Source: Nemertoderma westbladi (Eukaryota; Animalia; Xenacoelomorpha). Taken from it: a stretch of DNA of 64,000 nucleotides. The position numbers and the translations under genes were made by a program. Below the pieces are notes generated by a model. That model was not told the DNA's origin. It did no database searches and saw only the letters and a program-made list of their open reading frames with translations. Positions 1 to 14,400 of this stretch are shown piece by piece (position 1 is the stretch's first letter; every line of letters begins with the position of its first letter). The stretch covers positions 1 to 64,000 of the forward strand of contig JAUCBJ010003374.1 of assembly GCA_032718475.1 (NCBI GenBank), given 5' to 3'.

Positions 1-744
1 ATATTACAGCTGATACTATATTACAGCTGATACTATATTACAGCTGATACTATATTACAGCTGATACTATATTACAGCTGATACTATATTACAGCTGATA
101 CTATATTACAGCTGATACTATATTACAGCTGATACTATATTACAGCTGATACTATATTACAGCTGATAATATATTACAGCTGATACTATATTACAGCTGA
201 TACTATATTACAGCTGATACTATATTACAGCTGATACTATATTACAGCTGATACTATATTACAGCTGATACTATATTACAGCTGATACTATATTACAGCT
301 GATACTATATTACAGCTGATACTATATTACAGCTGATACTATATTACAGCTGATACTATATTACAGCTGATACTATATTACAGCTGATACTATATTACAG
401 CTGATTCTATATTACAGCTGATACTATATTACAGCTGATACTATATTACAGCTGATACTATATTACAGCTGATACTATATTACAGCTGATACTATATTAC
501 AGCTGATACTATATTACAGCTGATACTATATTACAGCTGATACTATATTACAGCTGATACTATATTACAGCTGATACTATATTACAGCTGATACTATATT
601 ACAGCTGATACTATATTACAGCTGATACTATATTACAGCTGATACTATATTACAGCTGATACTATATTACAGCTGATACTATATTACAGCTGATACTATA
701 ATACAGCTGATACTATATTACAGCTGATACTATATTACAGCTGA
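1..744. repeat. 19-bp minisatellite (ATATTACAGCTGATACTAT)n, ~39 copies, runs off the left window edge
   Basis: Directly visible near-perfect tandem units, each with a central CAGCTG. Confidence 0.97.
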
Positions 745-789
745 ATCGCTTCCATAAAAATATTTCACTTTAGGATATGGAATAATAAT

Positions 790-1322
790 ATATAGGAATA
801 TGGATATGACCTTTTGTTACTATGGAAACGTGCATCACAGCTCCAATATATCTACTAACCATCTTATATTGCTATAAATGCTGTTTATCTCCAGTTTCAA
901 TCTTAATTACAATAAATTTCAGGCAGTTCCTAGGGAAAGGTCACCTTGTTGCTATGGACACGTGTATCAGCGCCAATATCATTACTAACAATATTATATT
1001 GCTAGACAGGTTGATTATCCCAAGTTTCAATCATAATTTCATTAAATATAGAGCGGTTGCTAGGGAAAGGTATCCCTGTTGCCATGGAAACGTTTACAGA
1101 TTTATATTTTTAAACTAACCCAGTTATATAAGTTTCATAATTTTTGTTTATGGCGAGTTTCAATAACAGAAACGAGCAATTTTACCCGGTTGCTATGAAA
1201 CGTCACCCTGTTACTAGGGAAGTAGTCAATTGTTTTGGTACACATTTTTTTACATATATAGTCACATTTTCATGCTTTTGTCCGGCAATTAAAGATTTTC
1301 ACCTTAAGCGACCCCACTAATA
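790..1322. repeat. Probable non-autonomous element fragment with repeated GTTGCTATGG/GTTGCTAGGG motifs
   Basis: About six dispersed copies of GTT(G/A)C(T/C)A(T/G)GG(A)-type motifs within ~450 bp; no ORF with recognisable homology. Confidence 0.35.
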
Positions 1323-1696
1323 GTTTCACCTCCCTCATCCTTGTTTTGCTTTCAATCTTTAGCTACAAGCTTTTAATAAAAAGTGTCTCCGGCGATATTG
1401 TACCAGTGTCGTACTGCAATTCTTCTTCAAGCTTACATCGAAAGCTGGCGGTGCAAGGATTACAAATATGTAAAAATATTACAATTTGGTTGGGAAATAG
1501 CTGAAATAGGGGCGTTCGAATGTTGCATGTATTTGCTTCCACTGCAGGCTATTTTATTGTATTTAATAAATACACAATGTTCTAGAACATTTTGCTTATA
1601 TCATATAGACATTGCATTGTTGCCAAGCTACTTATGAGATAAACAAAATATGCCCATATCTCAGCTATTTCTCAACCAAATTCATAATTTGGTGCA

Positions 1697-2263
1697 AAGT
1701 AGCACTTTGCAGCGTTACGACCCGAGTTTATTTATGTACCGAGCGAGCGCAGCGAGGGAGGTCTACATAAATAAAAAGGGTCTTTAACGCTGAAAAGTGA
1801 CCTAATTTTGTTACATTATGTCAAGTTATCAGCGTTCGGTATGTGAAGAAAGGATTTTATAGATACTCATTTATACATTTTAATCTGTACTAAATATATC
1901 GAATATAAGTGAAATTTATTAACAGGTACACAATATTAATTCTACATTTAAATCTAATTAAAGTTTATTGGAAGTTATCTCCTGCTTGGATGTGATAAAT
2001 CATTAATCCATCTTGAATATAGTCGACTGAAGCAAACTTAGTAACCGTCTGTGTCCGTTCAGTTATACTGAACACTGTCGTCACTTTCTTTGGTTAATTT
2101 AGTGTCTTCTATTGGACGTTTCGCCATAACGGATTACAGTACACATTAAACAATTATTTTACACATTCAACTCAACTGACATGTGTCTTCTAAATTTCAC
2201 TGTACTTTGCAGCGTTACGAGTAATTCACCAGGACGCTGTTAAGTTGACATAATGTAACAAAA
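1697..2263 (+). mobile_element. Non-autonomous palindromic element (possibly Crypton-like), copy 1
   Basis: Internal inverted repeats TTTTGTTACATTATGTCAA (~1806 and ~2245), a ~100-bp terminal hairpin with a GAGCGAGCGCAGCGAG loop, and an inverted second copy at 43506-44215. Confidence 0.7.
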
Positions 2264-2276
2264 ATAATTTTAAGTG

Positions 2277-2986
2277 CCGTATTTACTCGAATAAGAGTCT
2301 GGGCGTTTAAGTTTATAAATTGCCAATTGGGGAGGCGTTTATTCGAGGAGGGCGTTTATTCAAGGAGGGCGTTTATTCGAGGAGGGCGTTTATTCGAGGA
2401 GGGCGTTTATTCGAGGAGGCATTTAAGTGGGGGCGTTTATGTTTATGTTCTAGATTTTCAGATTTTCTTAAATTAGGTACACCATGGGCAATTTGAGAAC
2501 ATAAATAAAAGAATTGCATATATATATACAATTTTACTCCTCTCATTTTTGTGCATTCCTGCAGGTCTTTCATATATTAATTGGTGAAATGGTTGAAATT
2601 GGTTAAAGGCTTCAAAAGTTATTATCAATTGAATTTTTGATTACAGACGGATAGACAGAGAGACGAACTGAAAGAACGGACGGACGGACGGACGGACGGA
2701 CGGACGGACGGACGGACGGTACATATTTGTAACTGGGCATAATTGTGTGCTAGAGGCATCGCTCCCTAATCGTAGCTCGCCCCACATTATAATATTATTA
2801 AACGCCGGGGCGTTTATTCGGGGAAGGCGTTTAAGTTGCTAATTTAATAGTAATGGGGACGTTAATTCGAGGGGGCGTTTAATCGAGGGGGGGGGGGGGG
2901 CGTTAATTCGAGGGGGCCGTTAATTCGAGGGGGCCTTTATTCGAGGGGGGGGGGGGGGGGGGGGGCTCTTATTCGAGTAAATACTG
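2277..2986. mobile_element. MITE (Tc1/mariner/pogo-type termini) with GGGGCGTTTATTCGAG subterminal repeats
   Basis: TIRs CCGTATTTACTCGAATAAGAG ... CTCTTATTCGAGTAAATACTG followed by TA; contains a (GACG)n microsatellite segment at ~2678-2719. Confidence 0.7.
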
Positions 2987-3770
2987 TATATGGAATCCTT
3001 GGACGGTCAGCTTTCCACTAGTACCAACAAACCACTATAAGGTTGAAGAATAACTGCGGTGTAACTGGTACTGGTAACTGGTAACTGTTGTCGGAGATAC
3101 TTCTTTCAAACGCTCGTTGCTAAAGAATGAAAGCGCAAATAGCAAATAAAAATTCTGGTTCACCCAGCAAGGATCAGTGAGGTGAAACTATTTCTGTTTC
3201 AAATTTCATGCAATCTCATTACGATTTGTAGAACGACTTGGGAGGGAGGGAGGGAGGGAGGGAGGGGAGGGGGGGGGGAGGTACCAGAATAACGACACTA
3301 TATTCCAGGACATGGTGTATATTGGTTATCTTTGTTTGTTTATAGTAAACTATGGTAATGATAAAACATGCACCACTTAGTGAATACCCCTGCTGGCACT
3401 TCATCTATTTACCTGAACTTTATATTTGTAAATTTTAGCATATGAGTGGAAGTGATATATCATTTTTTTGTCCGGTAAATTTTGCATATTTTGCATATTG
3501 GCTTTCCCTGTCCGTTTTTCTTGATTCCTGGACTCACAGATAATCAATATTGACTGAGAAAACTGAGCAGTTACAGAAAAGCAGGTAGTCAGACTAGATA
3601 GAACCGACTTCGCACTAAATTTAGGTTATATTTAGTGCTATCTAGTCGGACCATACCTGTAGCGCTGTGGCTAGTGAGAATTAAGTATACGGCCTCTGGT
3701 TTATACAGATATTGTACCTAAATCCTTAAATATAAGCGGACAAATAAAGTCACGAAATGTTCACATCACG

Positions 3771-4638
3771 CAGGGTTATTTTCTAAATATGTTAGTGAGA
3801 TTTATAAATTAAAATAGTGATTTCTAAATTTTTTAAACTTGTTTAGAAATATTTCTAAAACTAAAAATTGAATATAACTAATTTAAAATTATAAATTTTA
3901 CTTTACAGAGTTTGAAATAGAATATATATCACAATTTAACATTCAGACATTAGCCATATCCATCTAATTTTTGTTTGTTCATTTATCAAAATTGAACCCT
4001 TGAATCTCTAAATCTGATTCATCACCATCAGTTTAATTTCTACCAACTCCTATAATATCAAATGAACTCATTTTATTGTCCTACTTATATTGACGTAGAC
4101 TGTATACAATGATCACAGTCTAAGAGTGTTTCAATGACATTCCCTCAATTTGTAGTCATTTTATAGCACTTTTCAAGGAAACATATGAAAAATAATGGCT
4201 GGGGTTGATTAATATAAAGAATACAAGAAAAATATAAGCATTTAATTAAATTTGAACAACAAAAACTTTCAACGCATTTATCTCAAAATGTATTTTTTTC
4301 GTTGGCCCTTTCAACTGTGACCATCGCCAATGCGGTGGAGTATTCCTTCCCAATAAATGGCTTTAGTTTACCAAAGCGGTATTAAATTAGGCCTAATTAG
4401 TTTAATTTTTCGATGATATTTATGATTACAGAATATAGGCCTACCGTACGTTTGAATAAAGTAGAAAACAAGCAAGCAATACAGCTCAGCATTGCGTGCC
4501 CTACTGTACTTTTCACTTTCTCAATTCATTCGCCATTGAGCAAAATATTTTGGTTTCCTAAACAAATTTTAAATTTTCTAAATTTTTTCTGACCGTTTAG
4601 AAACTTTTCACAGTGAAGATTTTGAAAGAAAATCCCTG
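3771..4638. mobile_element. Possible hAT-like MITE
   Basis: Imperfect TIRs CAGGGTTATTTTCTAAA / TTTGAAAGAAAATCCCTG; flanks CATCACG / CATCAGG resemble a degenerate TSD. Confidence 0.4.
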
Positions 4639-5089
4639 CATCAGGTAGTGTCTCTGTTTATATCTACTTTATTATTTTACATAGAACGCTTCTATAAACA
4701 CTTACACTGTATCAGTGTTCCGTCCATCTGCATTGTGTGCCCCTTTCCGCCGACTATCTACTAAGGTATATTATTCGACTAAACAACTGTAACAGATTCC
4801 TTAACATCCCTCGGTGTTCCTGTTTATTAATAGTCCGGCACCCATGACCAAATGTTTTGGAAGTTTAATAACCTCATTCCAATCCAATTGGATGATACAT
4901 GTCCTTTATGTGACGTTTTTTTTATTTGCCCAAGTAAGGTCTACCTGGTTATTAACTTATACGCACTGTCACGACGTACCCGTACCGTAACAAATTAAAC
5001 CCCAAAGGATATAGTTCGTAGCCATTAAAATTTAAACCATTAACTTAAATAGGCGTTTGTATTTGGCTGCCGGCCTATTATGTAAGGAG

Positions 5090-5185
5090 ATATGAATGTT
5101 CCCACCTCAATATAAATGTTCCCACCCCAATATGAATGTTCCCAACTCAATATGAATGTTCCCACCTCATCATGAATGTTCCCAA
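5090..5185. repeat. Short ~20-bp tandem repeat (TATGAATGTTCCCACCTCAA)~4-5
   Basis: Directly visible. Confidence 0.8.
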
Positions 5186-5467
5186 CTAGGCCTACCCACC
5201 GAACTAGATGTCTTATCCCACCCAGTAAATAGTTGTGTCTCTTTTTCCAAAGGATAACATGCAATTGTTTTAAATGTTTCCCTTTAATGTTCCGTTACGA
5301 ATTAATTGTGTACTTCCAATCCAATTCATGTACATAGTAAGTATTATACGATGAGTATTCAACTGTGAATAAACATTAAAATATACAATAGTTGGACACA
5401 CAAACAAGTAGAGACACGTACAGATGAAACAAACAGAGAAAATGGTTGAACCTGTACTGACATTATA

Positions 5468-8400
5468 TAAGTGGAGATACGAACTGAGAAAATGGTGGAA
5501 TGTACACTGTACTGACGTATAAGTGGAGATACGAACTAAGAAAATGGTGGAATGTACACTGTACTGACGTATAAGTGGAGATACGAACTGAGAAAATGGT
5601 GGAATGTACACTGTACTGACGTATAAGTGGAGATACGAACTGAGAAAATGGTGGAATGTACACTGTACTGACGTATAAGTGGAGATACGAACTGAGAAAA
5701 TGGTGGAATGTACACTGTACTGACGTATAAGTGGAGATACGAACTGAGAAAATGGTGGAATGTACACTGTACTGACGTATAAGTGGAGATACGAACTGAG
5801 AAAATGGTGGAATGTACACTGTACTGACGTATAAGTGGAGATACGAACTGAGAAAATGGTGGAATGTACACTGTACGGACGTATAAGTGGAGATACGAAC
5901 TGAGAAAATGGTGGAATGTACACTGTACTGACGTATAAGTGGATATACGAACTGAGAAAATGGTGGAATGTACACTGTACTGACGTATAAGTGGATATAC
6001 GAACTGAGAAAATGGTGGAATGTACACTGTACGGACGTATAAGTGGAGATACGAACTGAGAAAATGGTGGAATGTACACTGTACTGACGTATAAGTGGAT
6101 ATACGAACTGAGAAAATGGTGGAATGTACACTGTACTGACGTATAAGTGGATATACGAACTGAGAAAATGGTGGAATGTACACTGTACGGACGTATAAGT
6201 GGAGATACGAACTGAGAAAATGGTGGAATGTACACTGTACTGACGTATAAGTGGATATACGAACTGAGAAAATGGTGGAATGTACACTGTACTGACGTAT
6301 AAGTGGATATACGAACTGAGAAAATGGTGGAATGTACACTGTACGGACGTATAAGTGGAGATACGAACTGAGAAAATGGTGGAATGTACACTGTACGGAC
6401 GTATAAGTGGAGATACGAACTGAGAAAATGGTGGAATGTACACTGTACTGACGTATAAGTGGATATACGAACTGAGAAAATGGTGGAATGTACACTGTAC
6501 GGACGTATAAGTGGAGATACGAACTGAGAAAATGGTGGAATGTACACTGTACTGACGTATAAGTGGATATACGAACTGAGAAAATGGTGGAATGTACACT
6601 GTACGGACGTATAAGTGGAGATACGAACTGAGAAAATGGTGGAATGTACACTGTACGGACGTATAAGTGGAGATACGAACTGAGAAAATGGTGGAATGTA
6701 CACTGTACGGACGTATAAGTGGAGATACGAACTGAGAAAATGGTGGAATGTACACTGTACTGACGTATAAGTGGATATACGAACTGAGAAAATGGTGGAA
6801 TGTACACTGTACTGACGTATAAGTGGATATACGAACTGAGAAAATGGTGGAATGTACACTGTACGGACGTATAAGTGGAGATACGAACTGAGAAAATGGT
6901 GGAATGTACACTGTACGGACGTATAAGTGGAGATACGAACTGAGAAAATGGTGGAATGTACACTGTACGGACGTATAAGTGGAGATACGAACTGAGAAAA
7001 TGGTGGAATGTACACTGTACTGACGTATAAGTGGATATACGAACTGAGAAAATGGTGGAATGTACACTGTACTGACGTATAAGTGGATATACGAACTGAG
7101 AAAATGGTGGAATGTACACTGTACGGACGTATAAGTGGAGATACGAACTGAGAAAATGGTGGAATGTACACTGTACTGACGTATAAGTGGATATACGAAC
7201 TGAGAAAATGGTGGAATGTACACTGTACTGACGTATAAGTGGATATACGAACTGAGAAAATGGTGGAATGTACACTGTACGGACGTATAAGTGGAGATAC
7301 GAACTGAGAAAATGGTGGAATGTACACTGTACTGACGTATAAGTGGATATACGAACTGAGAAAATGGTGGAATGTACACTGTACTGACGTATAAGTGGAT
7401 ATACGAACTGAGAAAATGGTGGAATGTACACTGTACGGACGTATAAGTGGAGATACGAACTGAGAAAATGGTGGAATGTACACTGTACTGACGTATAAGT
7501 GGATATACGAACTGAGAAAATGGTGGAATGTACACTGTACTGACGTATAAGTGGATATACGAACTGAGAAAATGGTGGAATGTACACTGTACGGACGTAT
7601 AAGTGGAGATACGAACTGAGAAAATGGTGGAATGTACACTGTACTGACGTATAAGTGGATATACGAACTGAGAAAATGGTGGAATGTACACTGTACTGAC
7701 GTATAAGTGGATATACGAACTGAGAAAATGGTGGAATGTACACTGTACGGACGTATAAGTGGAGATACGAACTGAGAAAATGGTGGAATGTACACTGTAC
7801 TGACGTATAAGTGGATATACGAACTGAGAAAATGGTGGAATGTACACTGTACTGACGTATAAGTGGATATACGAACTGAGAAAATGGTGGAATGTACACT
7901 GTACGGACGTATAAGTGGAGATACGAACTGAGAAAATGGTGGAATGTACACTGTACGGACGTATAAGTGGAGATACGAACTGAGAAAATGGTGGAATGTA
8001 CACTGTACGGACGTATAAGTGGAGATACGAACTGAGAAAATGGTGGAATGTACACTGTACTGACGTATAAGTGGATATACGAACTGAGAAAATGGTGGAA
8101 TGTACACTGTACTGACGTATAAGTGGATATACGAACTGAGAAAATGGTGGAATGTACACTGTACTGACGTATAAGTGGATATACGAACTGAGAAAATGGT
8201 GGAATGTACACTGTACGGACGTATAAGTGGAGATACGAACTGAGAAAATGGTGGAATGTACACTGTACTGACGTATAAGTGGATATACGAACTGAGAAAA
8301 TGGTGGAATGTACACTGTACGGACGTATAAGTGGAGATACGAACTGAGAAAATGGTGGAATGTACACTGTACGGACGTATAAGTGGAGATACGAACTGAG

Positions 8401-11400
8401 AAAATGGTGGAATGTACACTGTACTGACGTATAAGTGGATATACGAACTGAGAAAATGGTGGAATGTACACTGTACTGACGTATAAGTGGATATACGAAC
8501 TGAGAAAATGGTGGAATGTACACTGTACGGACGTATAAGTGGAGATACGAACTGAGAAAATGGTGGAATGTACACTGTACGGACGTATAAGTGGAGATAC
8601 GAACTGAGAAAATGGTGGAATGTACACTGTACGGACGTATAAGTGGAGATACGAACTGAGAAAATGGTGGAATGTACACTGTACGGACGTATAAGTGGAG
8701 ATACGAACTGAGAAAATGGTGGAATGTACACTGTACTGACGTATAAGTGGATATACGAACTGAGAAAATGGTGGAATGTACACTGTACTGACGTATAAGT
8801 GGATATACGAACTGAGAAAATGGTGGAATGTACACTGTACGGACGTATAAGTGGAGATACGAACTGAGAAAATGGTGGAATGTACACTGTACGGACGTAT
8901 AAGTGGAGATACGAACTGAGAAAATGGTGGAATGTACACTGTACGGACGTATAAGTGGAGATACGAACTGAGAAAATGGTGGAATGTACACTGTACTGAC
9001 GTATAAGTGGATATACGAACTGAGAAAATGGTGGAATGTACACTGTACTGACGTATAAGTGGATATACGAACTGAGAAAATGGTGGAATGTACACTGTAC
9101 GGACGTATAAGTGGAGATACGAACTGAGAAAATGGTGGAATGTACACTGTACTGACGTATAAGTGGATATACGAACTGAGAAAATGGTGGAATGTACACT
9201 GTACTGACGTATAAGTGGAGATACGAACTGAGAAAATGGTGGAATGTACACTGTACGGACGTATAAGTGGAGATACGAACTGAGAAAATGGTGGAATGTA
9301 CACTGTACTGACGTATAAGTGGAGATACGAACTGAGAAAATGGTGGAATGTACACTGTACGGACGTATAAGTGGAGATACGAACTGAGAAAATGGTGGAA
9401 TGTACACTGTACTGACGTATAAGTGGATATACGAACTGAGAAAATGGTGGAATGTACACTGTACTGACGTATAAGTGGATATACGAACTGAGAAAATGGT
9501 GGAATGTACACTGTACTGACGTATAAGTGGAGATACGAACTGAGAAAATGGTGGAATGTACACTGTACTGACGTATAAGTGGAGATACGAACTGAGAAAA
9601 TGGTGGAATGTACACTGTACTGACGTATAAGTGGAGATACGAACTGAGAAAATGGTGGAATGTACACTGTACTGACGTATAAGTGGATATACGAACTGAG
9701 AAAATGGTGGAATGTACACTGTACGGACGTATAAGTGGAGATACGAACTGAGAAAATGGTGGAATGTACACTGTACGGACGTATAAGTGGAGATACGAAC
9801 TGAGAAAATGGTGGAATGTACACTGTACTGACGTATAAGTGGATATACGAACTGAGAAAATGGTGGAATGTACACTGTACTGACGTATAAGTGGATATAC
9901 GAACTGAGAAAATGGTGGAATGTACACTGTACTGACGTATAAGTGGATATACGAACTGAGAAAATGGTGGAATGTACACTGTACGGACGTATAAGTGGAG
10001 ATACGAACTGAGAAAATGGTGGAATGTACACTGTACTGACGTATAAGTGGATATACGAACTGAGAAAATGGTGGAATGTACACTGTACGGACGTATAAGT
10101 GGAGATACGAACTGAGAAAATGGTGGAATGTACACTGTACGGACGTATAAGTGGAGATACGAACTGAGAAAATGGTGGAATGTACACTGTACTGACGTAT
10201 AAGTGGATATACGAACTGAGAAAATGGTGGAATGTACACTGTACTGACGTATAAGTGGATATACGAACTGAGAAAATGGTGGAATGTACACTGTACTGAC
10301 GTATAAGTGGATATACGAACTGAGAAAATGGTGGAATGTACACTGTACGGACGTATAAGTGGAGATACGAACTGAGAAAATGGTGGAATGTACACTGTAC
10401 TGACGTATAAGTGGATATACGAACTGAGAAAATGGTGGAATGTACACTGTACGGACGTATAAGTGGAGATACGAACTGAGAAAATGGTGGAATGTACACT
10501 GTACGGACGTATAAGTGGATATACGAACTGAGAAAATGGTGGAATGTACACTGTACTGACGTATAAGTGGATATACGAACTGAGAAAATGGTGGAATGTA
10601 CACTGTACGGACGTATAAGTGGAGATACGAACTGAGAAAATGGTGGAATGTACACTGTACTGACGTATAAGTGGATATACGAACTGAGAAAATGGTGGAA
10701 TGTACACTGTACGGACGTATAAGTGGAGATACGAACTGAGAAAATGGTGGAATGTACACTGTACTGACGTATAAGTGGATATACGAACTGAGAAAATGGT
10801 GGAATGTACACTGTACTGACGTATAAGTGGATATACGAACTGAGAAAATGGTGGAATGTACACTGTACGGACGTATAAGTGGATATACGAACTGAGAAAA
10901 TGGTGGAATGTACACTGTACTGACGTATAAGTGGAGATACGAACTGAGAAAATGGTGGAATGTACACTGTACGGACGTATAAGTGGAGATACGAACTGAG
11001 AAACTGGTGGAATGTACACTGTACGGACGTATAAGTGGATATACGAACTGAGAAAATGGTGGAATGTACACTGTACTGACGTATAAGTGGAGATACGAAC
11101 TGAGAAAATGGTGGAATGTACACTGTACGGACGTATAAGTGGATATACGAACTGAGAAAATGGTGGAATGTACACTGTACGGACGTATAAGTGGAGATAC
11201 GAACTGAGAAAATGGTGGAATGTACACTGTACTGACGTATAAGTGGATATACGAACTGAGAAAATGGTGGAATGTACACTGTACTGACGTATAAGTGGAT
11301 ATACGAACTGAGAAAATGGTGGAATGTACACTGTACGGACGTATAAGTGGATATACGAACTGAGAAAATGGTGGAATGTACACTGTACGGACGTATAAGT

Positions 11401-14400
11401 GGAGATACGAACTGAGAAAATGGTGGAATGTACACTGTACGGACGTATAAGTGGAGATACGAACTGAGAAAATGGTGGAATGTACACTGTACTGACGTAT
11501 AAGTGGATATACGAACTGAGAAAATGGTGGAATGTACACTGTACTGACGTATAAGTGGATATACGAACTGAGAAAATGGTGGAATGTACACTGTACTGAC
11601 GTATAAGTGGATATACGAACTGAGAAAATGGTGGAATGTACACTGTACGGACGTATAAGTGGAGATACGAACTGAGAAAATGGTGGAATGTACACTGTAC
11701 GGACGTATAAGTGGATATACGAACTGAGAAAATGGTGGAATGTACACTGTACGGACGTATAAGTGGATATACGAACTGAGAAAATGGTGGAATGTACACT
11801 GTACGGACGTATAAGTGGATATACGAACTGAGAAAATGGTGGAATGTACACTGTACTGACGTATAAGTGGAGATACGAACTGAGAAAATGGTGGAATGTA
11901 CACTGTACGGACGTATAAGTGGAGATACGAACTGAGAAAATGGTGGAATGTACACTGTACGGACGTATAAGTGGAGATACGAACTGAGAAAATGGTGGAA
12001 TGTACACTGTACTGACGTATAAGTGGAGATACGAACTGAGAAAATGGTGGAATGTACACTGTACTGACGTATAAGTGGATATACGAACTGAGAAAATGGT
12101 GGAATGTACACTGTACGGACGTATAAGTGGAGATACGAACTGAGAAAATGGTGGAATGTACACTGTACGGACGTATAAGTGGAGATACGAACTGAGAAAA
12201 TGGTGGAATGTACACTGTACTGACGTATAAGTGGATATACGAACTGAGAAAATGGTGGAATGTACACTGTACTGACGTATAAGTGGATATACGAACTGAG
12301 AAAATGGTGGAATGTACACTGTACGGACGTATAAGTGGAGATACGAACTGAGAAAATGGTGGAATGTACACTGTACTGACGTATAAGTGGATATACGAAC
12401 TGAGAAAATGGTGGAATGTACACTGTACGGACGTATAAGTGGAGATACGAACTGAGAAAATGGTGGAATGTACACTGTACGGACGTATAAGTGGATATAC
12501 GAACTGAGAAAATGGTGGAATGTACACTGTACTGACGTATAAGTGGATATACGAACTGAGAAAATGGTGGAATGTACACTGTACTGACGTATAAGTGGAG
12601 ATACGAACTGAGAAAATGGTGGAATGTACACTGTACGGACGTATAAGTGGAGATACGAACTGAGAAAATGGTGGAATGTACACTGTACTGACGTATAAGT
12701 GGATATACGAACTGAGAAAATGGTGGAATGTACACTGTACGGACGTATAAGTGGAGATACGAACTGAGAAAATGGTGGAATGTACACTGTACTGACGTAT
12801 AAGTGGATATACGAACTGAGAAAATGGTGGAATGTACACTGTACGGACGTATAAGTGGAGATACGAACTGAGAAAATGGTGGAATGTACACTGTACTGAC
12901 GTATAAGTGGATATACGAACTGAGAAAATGGTGGAATGTACACTGTACTGACGTATAAGTGGATATACGAACTGAGAAAATGGTGGAATGTACACTGTAC
13001 GGACGTATAAGTGGAGATACGAACTGAGAAAATGGTGGAATGTACACTGTACTGACGTATAAGTGGATATACGAACTGAGAAAATGGTGGAATGTACACT
13101 GTACTGACGTATAAGTGGATATACGAACTGAGAAAATGGTGGAATGTACACTGTACTGACGTATAAGTGGATATACGAACTGAGAAAATGGTGGAATGTA
13201 CACTGTACGGACGTATAAGTGGAGATACGAACTGAGAAAATGGTGGAATGTACACTGTACTGACGTATAAGTGGATATACGAACTGAGAAAATGGTGGAA
13301 TGTACACTGTACTGACGTATAAGTGGAGATACGAACAGAGAAAATGGTTGAACCTGTACTGACATATAAAGTGGAGATACGAACTGAGAAAATGGTGGAA
13401 TGTACACTGTACGGACGTATAAGTGGATATACGAACTGAGAAAATGGTGGAATGTACACTGTACTGACGTATAAGTGGAGATACGAACTGAGAAAATGGT
13501 GGAATGTACACTGTACTGACGTATAAGTGGATATACGAACTGAGAAAATGGTGGAATGTACACTGTACGGACGTATAAGTGGAGATACGAACTGAGAAAA
13601 TGGTGGAATGTATACTGTACGGACGTATAAGTGGAGATACGAACTGAGAAAATGGTGGAATGTACACTGTACTGACGTATAAGTGGAGATACGAACTGAG
13701 AAAATGGTGGAATGTACACTGTACTGACGTATAAGTGGAGATACGAACTGAGAAAATGGTGGAATGTACACTGTACTGACGTATAAGTGGAGATACGAAC
13801 TGAGAAAATGGTGGAATGTACACTGTACTGACGTATAAGTGGAGATACGAACTGAGAAAATGGTGGAATGTACACTGTACTGACGTATAAGTGGAGATAC
13901 GAACTGAGAAAATGGTGGAATGTACACTGTACTGACGTATAAGTGGATATACGAACTGAGAAAATGGTGGAATGTACACTGTACGGACGTATAAGTGGAG
14001 ATACGAACTGAGAAAATGGTGGAATGTATACTGTACGGACGTATAAGTGGAGATCCGAACTGAGAAAATGGTGGAATGTACACTGTACGGACGTATAAGT
14101 GGAGATACGAACTGAGAAAATGGTGGAATGTACACTGTACTGACGTATAAGTGGATATACGAACTGAGAAAATGGTGGAATGTACACTGTACGGACGTAT
14201 AAGTGGAGATACGAACTGAGAAAATGGTGGAATGTATACTGTACGGACGTATAAGTGGAGATCCGAACTGAGAAAATGGTGGAATGTACACTGTACGGAC
14301 GTATAAGTGGAGATACGAACTGAGAAAATGGTGGAATGTACACTGTACGGACGTATAAGTGGATATACGAACTGAGAAAATGGTGGAATGTACACTGTAC

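Noticed and set aside
3540-3584. Upstream coding exon for the CaaX gene (CAG...CAG|GTAGT)
   Set aside because: Stop codons in all three frames
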